From the NCBI RefSeq assembly GCF_000284115.1, contig NC_017080.1:720001-752000 (forward strand): DNA of 32,000 bases, given 5' to 3'. Below the pieces are notes generated by a model. The model saw nothing but the letters and a program-made list of their open reading frames with translations, ran no database searches and was not told the DNA's origin. This DNA comes from Phycisphaera mikurensis NBRC 102666 (GTDB taxonomy: Bacteria; Planctomycetota; Phycisphaerae; Phycisphaerales; Phycisphaeraceae). The position numbers and the translations under genes are program-made. Numbering within the stretch: position 1 is the stretch's first letter; each line of letters starts with the position of its first letter. Below, in pieces: positions 15,581 through 24,575 of the stretch.

Positions 15581-17080
15581 TCAGCCGGCGACGCGGCGAC
15601 GCGAAGCCAGCAGCAACGCCCCGGCCGCCAGCACAGCCGCGCTCGCCGGCTCGGGGATCAGGTAGGTCGCCCGGAGCACCTGCCCGTTCCCGCCGCTGAC
15701 CAGGTCCAGCGACCAGGCGCTCGCGTCGGCGGCCAGCAGCGTCGGCAGGGCGTCGATGCTGCTCGCGGTGAGCAGGTCGAAGGCGTCGCCCAGCGAGGGC
15801 GTCGCCCCCGCGGCGACGCCCATGTCCACGGTCGCTTGCGAGAGGAAGGCGTCGGAGGCCACGTCGACGAGGCTGATGCCGCCGCCGTCGACGTCGAAGG
15901 CCAGCGTCGCCCGGTCGGTGTCGGCCACGAAGAAGCCGCCGATGGCGATCGTCGCGTCGCTGCCGACGACGGCGAGGCGGCCGGTGTTGGCGGTGGTGGC
16001 GGCGAGGTTGAAGTTGCTGGTCGCGGCCACGGCGAAGTTGTTGGTCACCGTCAGCGTTCCGCCGGAGATGACGAAGTCGCCCACGGCGTTGTCGTTGTTG
16101 CCGACGAAGGCGGAGTCGGCGGCGAGGCTCCCGCCGGAGAGGTTGAAGGTACCGTCGCCGTTGTTGCCGATCAGCAGCGAGTTGCCGTAGGCCTGGCTCC
16201 CGCCGGTCTGGTTGACCACGCCGCTTCCGCCGAAGTCGTCGGCGAGGCGCAGGTTGTCGCCCACGGTCACGACCGCCGTGTCCGACACGTTGAAGACGCC
16301 GACGCCGGTGGCGCCGTTGCTCACGAAGATGTCCTGGCTGTCGGTGAAGAGGTCCAGCGTGCCGCCGGAGATCGAGTAGTCGCCGGGGCCGTTGGCGCCG
16401 ATGAAGACCGAGCCGGCGACCTTGGCGTCGCCGCCGGTCTGCGTGACGGTGCCGGAGCTGCCGACCCGATTGGCGATGATGATGTTCGCGTTGACGCGGG
16501 AGCCGACGTTCAGCTCGCCGGCGGAGAACTCGAAGCTGCCCGACCCGGCGCGACCCACGGTGAGGTCGCCGCCGGCGCCGCTGGACGCGGTGCCGTCGGA
16601 CTCGGTGCCGCCGCCGGAGAGGATGTTCACCGTGCCGCCGTCGATCACCAGGCGGCCGCTGCTGCCGGCGACGGTGTCGCCGAGGTAGAGGCCCTGGGCT
16701 GCGACGTCGTCGGCGTTGACGGTGAGCTCGCCGCCGGTCGAGACGATCAGCGTGCCGCTGCCGCCGGCGGTCGCGCCCAGCTGCACCACGTCGGCGACCT
16801 CCCCGGCTTGCGTGACACGGACGGTGCCGGCGTTGTCGATGGTCGCCCCGATCGCGGTCGAGAAGGTGAAGCCGTCGTCGGTGGTCGGGTCCCCGTCGGG
16901 ATCGGCCACCGTGGTGTCGAAGACGAAGGGCTGGCCGGCGGTCCAGTTGGCCTCGTTGGACCAGTCGCCATCGGCGGCGGTCCAGGCGGTCTGCGATGAA
17001 GCGAGTGAGGCCGGCAGGACCGCCAACAGCACCGCGGTGGAGTAGCGGGCGGAGGCAGGCAGCATGGAATGGGAGCGCAT
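15581..17080 (-). CDS. PEP-CTERM protein with ~10 autotransporter-like beta-strand repeats
   Basis: Recurrent G.G....GG.L.V units occur every ~25-30 aa (GSGTLIVSTGGELTV, SSGRLVIDGGTVNI, GDGTFNLSGGSLAA, and others). The C-terminus is IPEPASAAVLAAGALLLASRRR. The start is ATG 17080 or 17065. Confidence 0.8.
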   Translation of the reverse strand: MRSHSMLPASARYSTAVLLAVLPASLASSQTAWTAADGDWSNEANWTAGQPFVFDTTVADPDGDPTTDDGFTFSTAIGATIDNAGTVRVTQAGEVADVVQLGATAGGSGTLIVSTGGELTVNADDVAAQGLYLGDTVAGSSGRLVIDGGTVNILSGGGTESDGTASSGAGGDLTVGRAGSGSFEFSAGELNVGSRVNANIIIANRVGSSGTVTQTGGDAKVAGSVFIGANGPGDYSISGGTLDLFTDSQDIFVSNGATGVGVFNVSDTAVVTVGDNLRLADDFGGSGVVNQTGGSQAYGNSLLIGNNGDGTFNLSGGSLAADSAFVGNNDNAVGDFVISGGTLTVTNNFAVAATSNFNLAATTANTGRLAVVGSDATIAIGGFFVADTDRATLAFDVDGGGISLVDVASDAFLSQATVDMGVAAGATPSLGDAFDLLTASSIDALPTLLAADASAWSLDLVSGGNGQVLRATYLIPEPASAAVLAAGALLLASRRRVAG

Positions 17081-17427
17081 GGTCGTCTGGGTTCCGGAGG
17101 GTCGCTGGCGTGGCCGCGAGGGACGTGCGGGCGGGCAACGGCCCCGCCCGCGGGATTGGAGAGACTGTTCCGGATGCTGGTGAGGGCCCTGCGAGCGGCC
17201 GGTCAAGGAAGCGCTCGCTCCACGTGAAAGTGCAGTGAGTCAATGGCGCGCCTCCGCGGGGTCTTGAAGCCACGCCCCGCCGGTTCGCGTGTCGCGGCTT
17301 CTCGACGGCCTGCTGTTGGTTCTTGCCGACGCGGCCTTCCTGTCATGAGGACGCCCGACCCTCCCGGTCGAACGCTCTTCGCGGCCGGGGGAGCCGCTCC
17401 GCTGACGATGGCGTACCCGCCGTTCCT

Positions 17428-17503
17428 GGGGGAACGCCCTCGGTCGAGGGGGGAAACGCGCACCGCCTTCCGGGGAACGCCTACCGGTGCGCGGGGAACA
17501 CCC
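17428..17503 (+). repeat. four phased GGGGAAC(G/A)CC-like units (~20-23 bp spacing)
   Basis: Read directly: gggggaacgccc at 17428, ggggggaaacgcgc at 17448, ggggaacgcct at 17472 and ggggaacaccc at 17493. The array lies ~350-420 bp upstream of the PEP-CTERM gene's start. Confidence 0.7.
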
Positions 17504-17627
17504 TCCGTCGCTCGCGGCTTGACGTTGGGTCCAGGAGCGAGGAGCACGTCTTCGTCAGCGACGTTCCCCCCACCCTCAACGACCCCCGAATCGCCGCCTG
17601 AGCCCGCGAAGCGGGCGTTAGCGCACC

Positions 17628-17767
17628 GTGCGCAATCTTCCGATCGCCTCTGCGGGCGAGTCGTGCCCCTCGCTTCGTCGGCTGCATCGCCCTGCAGGGG
17701 CAGGGCTGCTTCGCCTCCTCACGAGGAACACGACTCGCGGACGCAGGCCGATCGGAAAATTGCGCAC
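17628..17767. repeat. 140-nt long imperfect inverted repeat (45-nt arms)
   Basis: The 5' arm is gtgcgcaatcttccgatcgcctctgcgggcgagtcgtgcccctcg. The reverse complement of the 3' arm is gtgcgcaattttccgatcggcctgcgtccgcgagtcgtgttcctcg, matching about 38 of 45 positions. The apex contains the palindrome CCCTGCAGGG. Confidence 0.85.
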
Positions 17768-17785
17768 GATGCTCTAAGCCGCGGC

Positions 17786-17815
17786 GGGGGTGGGGTGGGG
17801 GTGGGGGGTGTGGGG
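17786..17815 (+). other. G-quadruplex-prone tract (five G4-6 runs with 1-3 nt loops)
   Basis: Read directly: gggggtggggtgggggtggggggtgtgggg. Confidence 0.7.
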
Positions 17816-17853
17816 CACGGGCCATCACCGATGGGGGCGGGAAGAAGTGACCG

Positions 17854-18065
17854 CCGCGGACCGTCGAGGATTTGCGGCGTTCTCGCGCGCGATCCGCGGC
17901 GCGGGCGCCAGCGATCGCATTGCAACTGAACGCCGAAGCCGGATCGCCACGCGATCCAGACCGGGTCGATTCGAGGGTTCCGTCCGCCGCGGCTGGGGTT
18001 CGTGGCGCTTCTGCGGGTCGACCCGGGAGGCTGCACACGTCACGCTCCGGGCCGCTCTTGGCGCG
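17854..18065. repeat. interspersed repeat family 2, copy D
   Basis: It aligns by eye with 13249-13455 in the same orientation, at roughly 85-90% identity. GGATCGCCACGCGATCC lies at 17941-17957. Confidence 0.85.
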
Positions 18066-18137
18066 CATCCCAAGGAGGCCCGGGATTCCCCCGCGACGCG
18101 TTTTCGATTGTCCCGGCGATCGGCGGAGGGGCTTCGC

Positions 18138-18524
18138 TCAGCCCCGCTCGTGCGGGTTGGGATCCGGCTTGCGTGGATCGGTCGGCGTCGACGCGGTCGC
18201 GGGCATCTCGTCGATCACCGAGCGGTCCCACATCGAGGCGCCCAGCGCGTGCGCGGCGCGGGAGATGAGGTGGGAGGCGACCGGCGCGGTCAGGAACAGG
18301 AAGGCGATCACCAGCGCGGCCTGCAGGCCGGTGACCGCGTCGCGGAAGTGCAGGGCGACGGACACCATGATCAGGCCGATGCCCAGCGTGCCGGCCTTGG
18401 TCGAGGCCTGCATGCGCGTGTAGACGTCGGGCATGCGGAGGATGCCCACGCCCGCGAGCAGGCAGAGCGCGACGCCCAGGCCCAACGCCGCGTACTCTAG
18501 GACGTTGAGGCACTCAGCCGGCAT
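18138..18524 (-). CDS. mrpG: monovalent cation/H+ antiporter subunit G (MrpG/MnhG)
   Basis: GILRMPDVYTRMQASTKAGTLGIGL...TAPVASHLISRAAH is the MnhG/PhaG signature. It is the last gene of the overlapping operon. Confidence 0.85.
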   Translation of the reverse strand: MPAECLNVLEYAALGLGVALCLLAGVGILRMPDVYTRMQASTKAGTLGIGLIMVSVALHFRDAVTGLQAALVIAFLFLTAPVASHLISRAAHALGASMWDRSVIDEMPATASTPTDPRKPDPNPHERG

Positions 18525-18855
18525 TCTCGTTCCCCTTGCGTTCGAGGTACAGGGCGAAGGCGGCGGTGCCCATGAAGGTGAGCAGGGCCACCACGACGGC
18601 GACGATCACCAGCTCGGCCCGCTCGGAGACGACGGCGATCAGCGCCACGAGACCCACGGAGAAGAACGCCAGGAGGTCCAGGGCGACGACCCGGTCCGCC
18701 AGGCTCGGCCCGCGGAGGAGGCGGACGACGGCGAGCACCATGGCCACGCCGATCACGCCCATCGCGGCGTCGTGGATCGACAGGCCCGGTGCATCGACGC
18801 CCGCGCCGGCGGCATCTCCGAGCAGCCCGCCGGAGAGCAAGAGGAGGGCGCTCAT
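18514..18855 (-). CDS. mrpF: cation/H+ antiporter subunit F (MrpF/MnhF)
   Basis: The internal ATG at 18855 gives a 113-aa protein. VRLLRGPSLADRVVALDLL is the MnhF signature. There is an ATGA overlap with mrpE. Confidence 0.8.
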   Translation of the reverse strand: MSALLLLSGGLLGDAAGAGVDAPGLSIHDAAMGVIGVAMVLAVVRLLRGPSLADRVVALDLLAFFSVGLVALIAVVSERAELVIVAVVVALLTFMGTAAFALYLERKGNENAG

Positions 18856-19331
18856 CGCAGGATCCCCTTGATGCGGGCTTCGAAGCCGTCCTTCACCTCG
18901 GCCCGGACCGCGGCGGGGTCCGACGCGTCCATGGCGTGGACGTACAGCGTGTGGCGGTCGGGGGTCACGTCCAGCGAGAGCGTTCCCGGGGTGAGGGAGA
19001 CCAAGCTCGCGAGCGTCGTGATCTCCAGGTCGGAGAGGTCGTCGTCGAGCGGCACCGCCACGATGCCGGGCGACATCGCCCGCAGCGGGGACACCGTGAA
19101 GCGCATCATGCGGAGGTTCGCTTTCGTCAGCTCCCACCCGAACCACGCGGTGAAGGCCACCGCCGCGAACACCTTGTGGAAGTACGTCCCGCTGCCGAGC
19201 CCGAGGCGCCAGGCGGCGAGCAGGACGAGGTAGCCCGCGACGAAGCCCACGAGCAGCCCGCGCGGCGAGAGGTCGTCGAGCACGACGGCCCAGATCACCG
19301 CCAGCAGGAGGTTCCAGACGAGCGTCGTCAT
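18852..19331 (-). CDS. mrpE: cation/H+ antiporter subunit E (MrpE/MnhE)
   Basis: The internal ATG at 19331 gives a 159-aa protein. Supporting motifs are ANLRMMRFTVSP, TTLASLVSLTPGTLSLDV and LYVHAMD. Confidence 0.8.
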   Translation of the reverse strand: MTTLVWNLLLAVIWAVVLDDLSPRGLLVGFVAGYLVLLAAWRLGLGSGTYFHKVFAAVAFTAWFGWELTKANLRMMRFTVSPLRAMSPGIVAVPLDDDLSDLEITTLASLVSLTPGTLSLDVTPDRHTLYVHAMDASDPAAVRAEVKDGFEARIKGILR

Positions 19332-20989
19332 CGTTCCGTCCCTCCGACGCGAGGCGGCGGCGGAGCGCCCCGCGGCGACCGGTCCAGCGCCGCGTCGCGG
19401 TATGCCGTGCCGCCGATCAGCTGCTCCGCGCCTCGCTCCGCCAGCGCGATGGCCGGGCCCGCGAGCAGCCCGATCGCGACCGTCACCAGGGCGAGGAAGG
19501 CCGAGCCGGCCTCCATCCAGCCGCGGCCGCCGACCGCTTCGGCCTCGCGTCGGGCAAGCTCCGCCGCCGGGACCGCCGCCGTGTCGCCCGTCTCGGGCGC
19601 CGGCTTCCAGAACGCCCCCGACCAGATCTTCATCATCGAGAACAGCGTCATCACGCTGACCAGGAGCGACACCGCCACGATCGCCCAGGCCTCCGCCGCC
19701 AGGCCCGCTCGGACGAGCACGAACTTCGACCAGAAGCCCGAGAGGACCGGGATGCCCGCCAGCGAGAGCGCGGGGACCATGAACAGCGCCGACAGCCGCG
19801 GGCTCGCCGAGGCGAGGCCGCCGATGCGGGTTAGCCGCCCGGAGCCGCAGCGCCGCTCGATGATCCCCGCGACCAAGAACAGGTTCGCCTTCACCACGAT
19901 GTGGTGAAGCACGTAGAAGACCGCCCCGGTCATGGCCATCGCACCCGCCGCCCGCAGGGCCCCCGCCCGCTCCGGGTCCCCCGCCGCCTGCGCCGCCTCG
20001 GCCGCGGCGAGCGCCCCGCCGGCGATGCCGATGCCCATCAGCATGTAGCCGATCTGGCTGATGATGTGGAACGAGAGGATCCGCCGGACCTCGCCCTGCG
20101 CCGCGGCGGCCAGCACGCCGGTGACCATCGTGAGAGCGGCGATCCACGTCAACAAGGACGCGACCACCGCCGCGTCGGGGTGTCCCGCCGGGAACATCAG
20201 CGCCGTGAAGCGGATGATCACGTACACGCCCACCTTGGTGAGCAAGCCCGCGAACACGGCGGAGATGACCGGCGGCGGCGTGTGGTACGAGGCCGGCAGC
20301 CAGGCGAAGAACGGGAAGGCCGCCGACTTGATGAGGAAGGCCACCAGCAGGACCGCCGCCACCGGCGTGTAGCGCTGCGGCTCGGCGGCCCCCGCCAGCC
20401 GCTCGGCGAGCTGGGCGAGGTTCAGCGTGCCGAGCATCGCGTACGTCAACCCGATGCCCGCGAGGAAGAACATCGAGCCGACCAGGCTGAGCGTGACGTA
20501 GGTCAGCGCTCCCTTGAGCTGCGACCTCGTTCCGCCCAGGGCCAGCAGCACGAAGCTGGACATCAGCATCACCTCGAACCACACGTAGAGGTTGAAGAGG
20601 TCCGCCGTGAGGAACGCCCCCGACACGCTGGTGAACAGCCCGAGCATCAGCGGGTGGAAGCCCGCCGCCTCGCGTCGCCGGTCGATGCCGCCGAGGGCGT
20701 AGACCGCCGCCCCGACCGCCACCAGGCCGTTGAGCAGGACCATGATCGCGGAGGTGACGTCCGCGACGAAGGTGATCGCCACCGGGCTGGGCCAGCCGCC
20801 CAGCCGCGCGGCGAGCACCTGCCCGCCGGCGGCGCGGCGGAGCAGCTCCGCCGCCGCGAGCAGCAGCAAAACCGACGCGACCACGTTCGCCGCCCGCTGC
20901 ACCCGCACGTGGCGCCAGGCGGCCAGGCCGACCAGCGAGCCGAGCACCGGAAGCAGCACCGGCAGCGTGACGAGCAACTCGGGGCTCAA
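19328..20989 (-). CDS. mrpD: cation/H+ antiporter subunit D (MrpD/MnhD; NuoM/N-like)
   Basis: [48 protein letters not shown] and [11 protein letters not shown] support the call. The start is TTG, inside a TTGA overlap with mrpC. Confidence 0.9.
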   Translation of the reverse strand: MSPELLVTLPVLLPVLGSLVGLAAWRHVRVQRAANVVASVLLLLAAAELLRRAAGGQVLAARLGGWPSPVAITFVADVTSAIMVLLNGLVAVGAAVYALGGIDRRREAAGFHPLMLGLFTSVSGAFLTADLFNLYVWFEVMLMSSFVLLALGGTRSQLKGALTYVTLSLVGSMFFLAGIGLTYAMLGTLNLAQLAERLAGAAEPQRYTPVAAVLLVAFLIKSAAFPFFAWLPASYHTPPPVISAVFAGLLTKVGVYVIIRFTALMFPAGHPDAAVVASLLTWIAALTMVTGVLAAAAQGEVRRILSFHIISQIGYMLMGIGIAGGALAAAEAAQAAGDPERAGALRAAGAMAMTGAVFYVLHHIVVKANLFLVAGIIERRCGSGRLTRIGGLASASPRLSALFMVPALSLAGIPVLSGFWSKFVLVRAGLAAEAWAIVAVSLLVSVMTLFSMMKIWSGAFWKPAPETGDTAAVPAAELARREAEAVGGRGWMEAGSAFLALVTVAIGLLAGPAIALAERGAEQLIGGTAYRDAALDRSPRGAPPPPRVGGTER

Positions 20990-21348
20990 GACGGGTCCCC
21001 CGGCGATGCCCGCGGCCGTTCCAGCGCGTCCACGTCGTCGCCCGCCACCTCGTACACCCGCTTCACCAGCACCGCGGCGTAGCCGACGATCGCGAAGGAG
21101 ATCACGATCGCGGTGAGGATCAGCGCCGGCGGCAGCGGGTCGGTGTGCCCGACGAGCAGCCGCTCCTCGCCGGGGCGGACCAGCGGCGGCGAGCCGCGCA
21201 GGAGCCCGGCGGCCACGAAGATGAGCATGTTCGAGGCGTGGCCCAGCAGGGCCAGCCCGATGAGCAGCTTCACGATCGAGCGTCGGAGCATCATGTAGAT
21301 GCCCGCCGCGTAGAGCAGCCCGACGGTGACGGCGAGGGCGAGGGTCAT
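20986..21348 (-). CDS. mrpC: cation/H+ antiporter subunit C (MrpC/MnhC; NuoK-like)
   Basis: The internal ATG at 21348 gives a 120-aa protein: [44 protein letters not shown]...[17 protein letters not shown]. Confidence 0.85.
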   Translation of the reverse strand: MTLALAVTVGLLYAAGIYMMLRRSIVKLLIGLALLGHASNMLIFVAAGLLRGSPPLVRPGEERLLVGHTDPLPPALILTAIVISFAIVGYAAVLVKRVYEVAGDDVDALERPRASPGDPS

Positions 21349-21794
21349 CGCGGGTCCCCCCCGGGCGTGGCCGCGGGCTCGGACCGCGGCCACTCCGCGA
21401 TCGAGAGGATCATCCACAGCACCGATCCCGCGACCGTCAGGTACACGCCGATGTCGAAGAACAGCGGCGTCCCGACCTTGACGCCGGGCACCGGCTCGGC
21501 GTCCGTCCACAGCGCCGCGAAAAGCGGCTGCCCGATCAGCGGGGCCGGCAGGCCGCTCAGCAGCGCCACCGCGAGGCCGGCCGCGGTGATCGCCTCCGGC
21601 CCCAGCGGGAGCAGCTGGCGGCAGCGGGCCGGGCCGTACGCCAGCATGTGCAGCAGGAAGGCGGCGGCGCCGGTGAGGCCGCCGACGAAGCCGCCGCCGG
21701 GCTCGTTGTGGCCGCGGAGCAGGATCACCACCGAGGCGAGCAGCAGCAGGGGCAGCAGACCGGTGGTGGCGGTGCGGAGGATGATGGAGTTCAA
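21345..21794 (-). CDS. mrpB: cation/H+ antiporter subunit B (MrpB/MnhB)
   Basis: This is the last 149 codons of the 958-aa ORF frame: [39 protein letters not shown]. The only plausible start is TTG 21794, inside a TTGA overlap with the mrpA stop. Confidence 0.75.
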   Translation of the reverse strand: MNSIILRTATTGLLPLLLLASVVILLRGHNEPGGGFVGGLTGAAAFLLHMLAYGPARCRQLLPLGPEAITAAGLAVALLSGLPAPLIGQPLFAALWTDAEPVPGVKVGTPLFFDIGVYLTVAGSVLWMILSIAEWPRSEPAATPGGDPR

Positions 21795-24130
21795 GGCTCG
21801 CCCTCCCCGGCCGCGGCCGCTTCCCCGGCGTCCGGCCGCTCGCGGCGGGCGATGAGCAGCGTCGCCACGCCCATCCCCGCCAGCGCGAGCACGAACAGCT
21901 CCCCGAAGGTGTCGGTGGCGCGGAAGTCCACGATGATCACGTTGACGATGTTGCGGCCCTTGCCCGCGGCCACCGCCTGCTCGCTGAAGTACGACGAAAC
22001 CGGCTGCCCCATCCCGGTGTCCACCGCCAGCAGCACCAGCACCGTCATGAAGGCCCCGAACGCCAGGCTCAGCAGCAGGTCGACCGCCTTGCGTGAGCGC
22101 GACGTGTAGTTGCGGAACTCCGGCAGGTGGTAGAAGACCAGGACGAGGATGAGAACCGTCAGCGTCTCGATCGCGAACTGCGTCATCGCCACGTCGGGCG
22201 CCCCGAAGAGCAGGAAGATCAGCGCGGCGCAGATCCCCACCACGCCCAGGGCCGCGATGCTGCCCAGGCGGTGGCGGAAGACCGCGGCCGCCACCCCGCT
22301 GGCGATCATGAGCCCGACGAGGATGGCCTCGACCGGCCGGACCGCCCCGTGCTCGGGCAGCAGGGTGGCTGTTCCCATCCGGCCGATCAGCAGCGAGCCC
22401 CCGAGCACGAGCAGCCCGACGACGCAGGTCCGCACGTAGCCGGTCAGCGACCCGTGCTGGAGCAGCCGCGTCTGGGCCCGGCCCAGCGCCAGCACGCCGG
22501 CGAGCGCGGCGTCGAAGACCGCCGGCCCCTCTTTGGAGCGGTCCAGGAGGCCCGTCCCCCGCCGGAAGCCGCCGCGGAAGGCGTAGAGCACCACGCCGCC
22601 GAGCAGGGCGATGCCGGTCGGCCCGGCAAGTGCGGAAGGCGAGAACAGGTGCAGGCTCGACAGCTCCGCCTCGCCCGGCTGCCCGGTCACCGCGTCGGTC
22701 GCCGCCAGCACGATCGGGTCGGCGAAGAGCCCCGGGGCCACGCCCGCGAGCAGCCCCAGCGTCGCCAGGACCACCGGGCCCACGAGCAGCGCCGGCCCGG
22801 CCTCGCGGGTGCGGTCGGCGATCGGGTGGCCGGCGCCCGCGAACGGGCGGAAGGCCACGAGCAGCGCGGCGGTGACCATCCCCACGCCGGTGACCGTCAC
22901 CGCCACCAGCAGCGCCGTGTCCCACGGAGACGCCGCCAGCCCGCCCTTGAGCAGGTACTTGCCCGTGTAGCCGAACAGCGGCGGCACCCCCGCCAGCGAG
23001 AGCGCGCCGAGCACGGCGGCCGCCCAGGTCACCGGCATCTTCCGCAGCAGCCCGCCGAGGCGCTCGACGTCCTTCTCGCCGGTCTGGTGCTCGATGACCC
23101 CCGCGACCATGAACAGCGTGCCTTTGTAGAGGGCGTGGGCGAGCAGGAAGGTCACCGCCGCCGCGTCCCCGGGCACGCCCAGGCCCAGCAGCATCACCAT
23201 CGTGCCCAGGGCGCTGACCGTCGTCCAGGCCAGGATCCGCTTGAGCTTCGTCGATCGCGCCGCCAGCACCGCCGCGTAGACCATCGTGAAGCCGCCGACG
23301 AGCTTGAGCGTCCAGCTCCACTCGGGCGTCCCGCCGAGCACCGGCGTCAGCCGGGCGAGCAGGAACACACCCGCCTTGACCATCGTCGACGAGTGCAGGT
23401 ACGCGCTCACCGGGGCCGGCGCCTCCATCGCCCCGGGCAGCCAGAAGTGGAAGGGGAACTGGGCGCTCTTGGTGAAGCAGCCCAGGAAGATCAGCGCGAG
23501 GATCGCGAGGTACCGCGGGCTCGAGTTGATCTGCGGGCCCATCTCCAGCAGCTCGCTCACGCGGAAGGTGCCCGCCTCCAAGCCCAGCAGGATCACGCCC
23601 GCGAGCAGGGCCAGCCCGCCGCCGCCGGTCACGATCAGCGCCCGCATCGCCGCGGAGCGGGCCGCCTCCTTCTCGCGGTAGAAGCCGATGAGCAGGAACG
23701 ACGTGATCGACGTCAGCTCCCAGAAGACGAACAGGAGGACCAGGTCGTCCGCCAGGACCAGCCCCAGCATCGCCGCCATGAAGGTCAAGAGCGTCGCCAT
23801 GAACTTGCCGAAGCGGGCGTGGCCGCGCATGTACCCGCCCGCGTAGACGCACACCGCCGCGCCGACGCCGGTGACCAGCAACGCGAAGAGCAGCCCCAGC
23901 CCGTCGAGCCGCCACGCCAGCGAGATGCCCAGCGTCTCCACCCACGGGATCGGCTCCGGAGCGAGAACACGCCCCGCCGCCACGCCCCCGACCTGCACCG
24001 CGAACCACGCGAACCACCCCGCCGGCACCGCCGCCGCCACCCACCCCGCCCACCAGCCCGCCGCGCGCACCAGCCACGGCGCCAGGGCCGCGAGCGCGAG
24101 CAGCGAGATGACCGACAACGGCAACGCCAT
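21791..24130 (-). CDS. mrpA: cation/H+ antiporter subunit A (MrpA/MnhA; NuoL-like, with C-terminal MrpB-like domain)
   Basis: The 779-aa product has [56 protein letters not shown] and a C-terminal multi-TM extension. Confidence 0.9.
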   Translation of the reverse strand: MALPLSVISLLALAALAPWLVRAAGWWAGWVAAAVPAGWFAWFAVQVGGVAAGRVLAPEPIPWVETLGISLAWRLDGLGLLFALLVTGVGAAVCVYAGGYMRGHARFGKFMATLLTFMAAMLGLVLADDLVLLFVFWELTSITSFLLIGFYREKEAARSAAMRALIVTGGGGLALLAGVILLGLEAGTFRVSELLEMGPQINSSPRYLAILALIFLGCFTKSAQFPFHFWLPGAMEAPAPVSAYLHSSTMVKAGVFLLARLTPVLGGTPEWSWTLKLVGGFTMVYAAVLAARSTKLKRILAWTTVSALGTMVMLLGLGVPGDAAAVTFLLAHALYKGTLFMVAGVIEHQTGEKDVERLGGLLRKMPVTWAAAVLGALSLAGVPPLFGYTGKYLLKGGLAASPWDTALLVAVTVTGVGMVTAALLVAFRPFAGAGHPIADRTREAGPALLVGPVVLATLGLLAGVAPGLFADPIVLAATDAVTGQPGEAELSSLHLFSPSALAGPTGIALLGGVVLYAFRGGFRRGTGLLDRSKEGPAVFDAALAGVLALGRAQTRLLQHGSLTGYVRTCVVGLLVLGGSLLIGRMGTATLLPEHGAVRPVEAILVGLMIASGVAAAVFRHRLGSIAALGVVGICAALIFLLFGAPDVAMTQFAIETLTVLILVLVFYHLPEFRNYTSRSRKAVDLLLSLAFGAFMTVLVLLAVDTGMGQPVSSYFSEQAVAAGKGRNIVNVIIVDFRATDTFGELFVLALAGMGVATLLIARRERPDAGEAAAAGEGEP

Positions 24131-24575
24131 GAAAAAAACCAGCTTCAGGGCCGCCGAACCGCCCGTATGCGCTCCGCCGGGAGCGCGGCGGGCACGGTTT
24201 CCGCCGCGTCCAAGCCTTCACCCGACCACCCTGCGCCCGCGGCGGCGGGGACTGTACAGCCTGCGGAACGCAGCAGCCCGGCGCCCCACCGGGGACCCGG
24301 CCTCACCAAGACACCCGCGTCCCCCACGCCCGCGGCGGCACGCGGTCCGGCCCGATGCCGCGGACACGCGACCGCTCGACGCCGGGTCCGCGGCAACGCG
24401 GCTCGGCTCGAAATTGCAGCGCATGATCCGATGGACAGCTTCTGCGGCAGGGGGTAGATTCCCCATACATGCCCGCAATGTGCGGGCACGCCTCCGGCGG
24501 CCGGAGCCCCGGCCAGTCGCCGGAGCGCGAGCGGGTCGGTGGCGATCGACTACCCCCTGGATCGAGAAAGCACCC

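Noticed and set aside
13120-17273. Long ORFs 13120..14949 (+), 14603..15556 (+), 14658..17273 (-) and 15836..16999 (+)
   Set aside because: They are alternative-frame or antisense readings of the EEP, pseudopilin and PEP-CTERM genes, with Arg/Gly/Asp low-complexity translations.
17243-18073. ORFs 17243..17929 (+), 17481..18068 (-) and 17790..18500 (+) in the gene-free gap
   Set aside because: The translations are low-complexity and cross the long hairpin, the G-tract and repeat copy D. There are no motifs. The region is treated as noncoding.
21795-24221. The upstream ~800 codons of the 958-aa ORF 21345..24221, plus antisense ORFs 22127..24457 and 21145..21855
   Set aside because: Only the last 149 codons (mrpB) look like protein. 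The rest overlaps mrpA out of frame.
24131-24575. A possible cation riboswitch (Na+/Li+ classes) or other leader RNA in the 445-bp divergent region upstream of mrpA
   Set aside because: I saw small hairpins (for example gcccgcaatgtgcgggc at ~24471-24487). I cannot match any known riboswitch consensus by eye, and it needs an Rfam cmscan. It is not reported as a feature.
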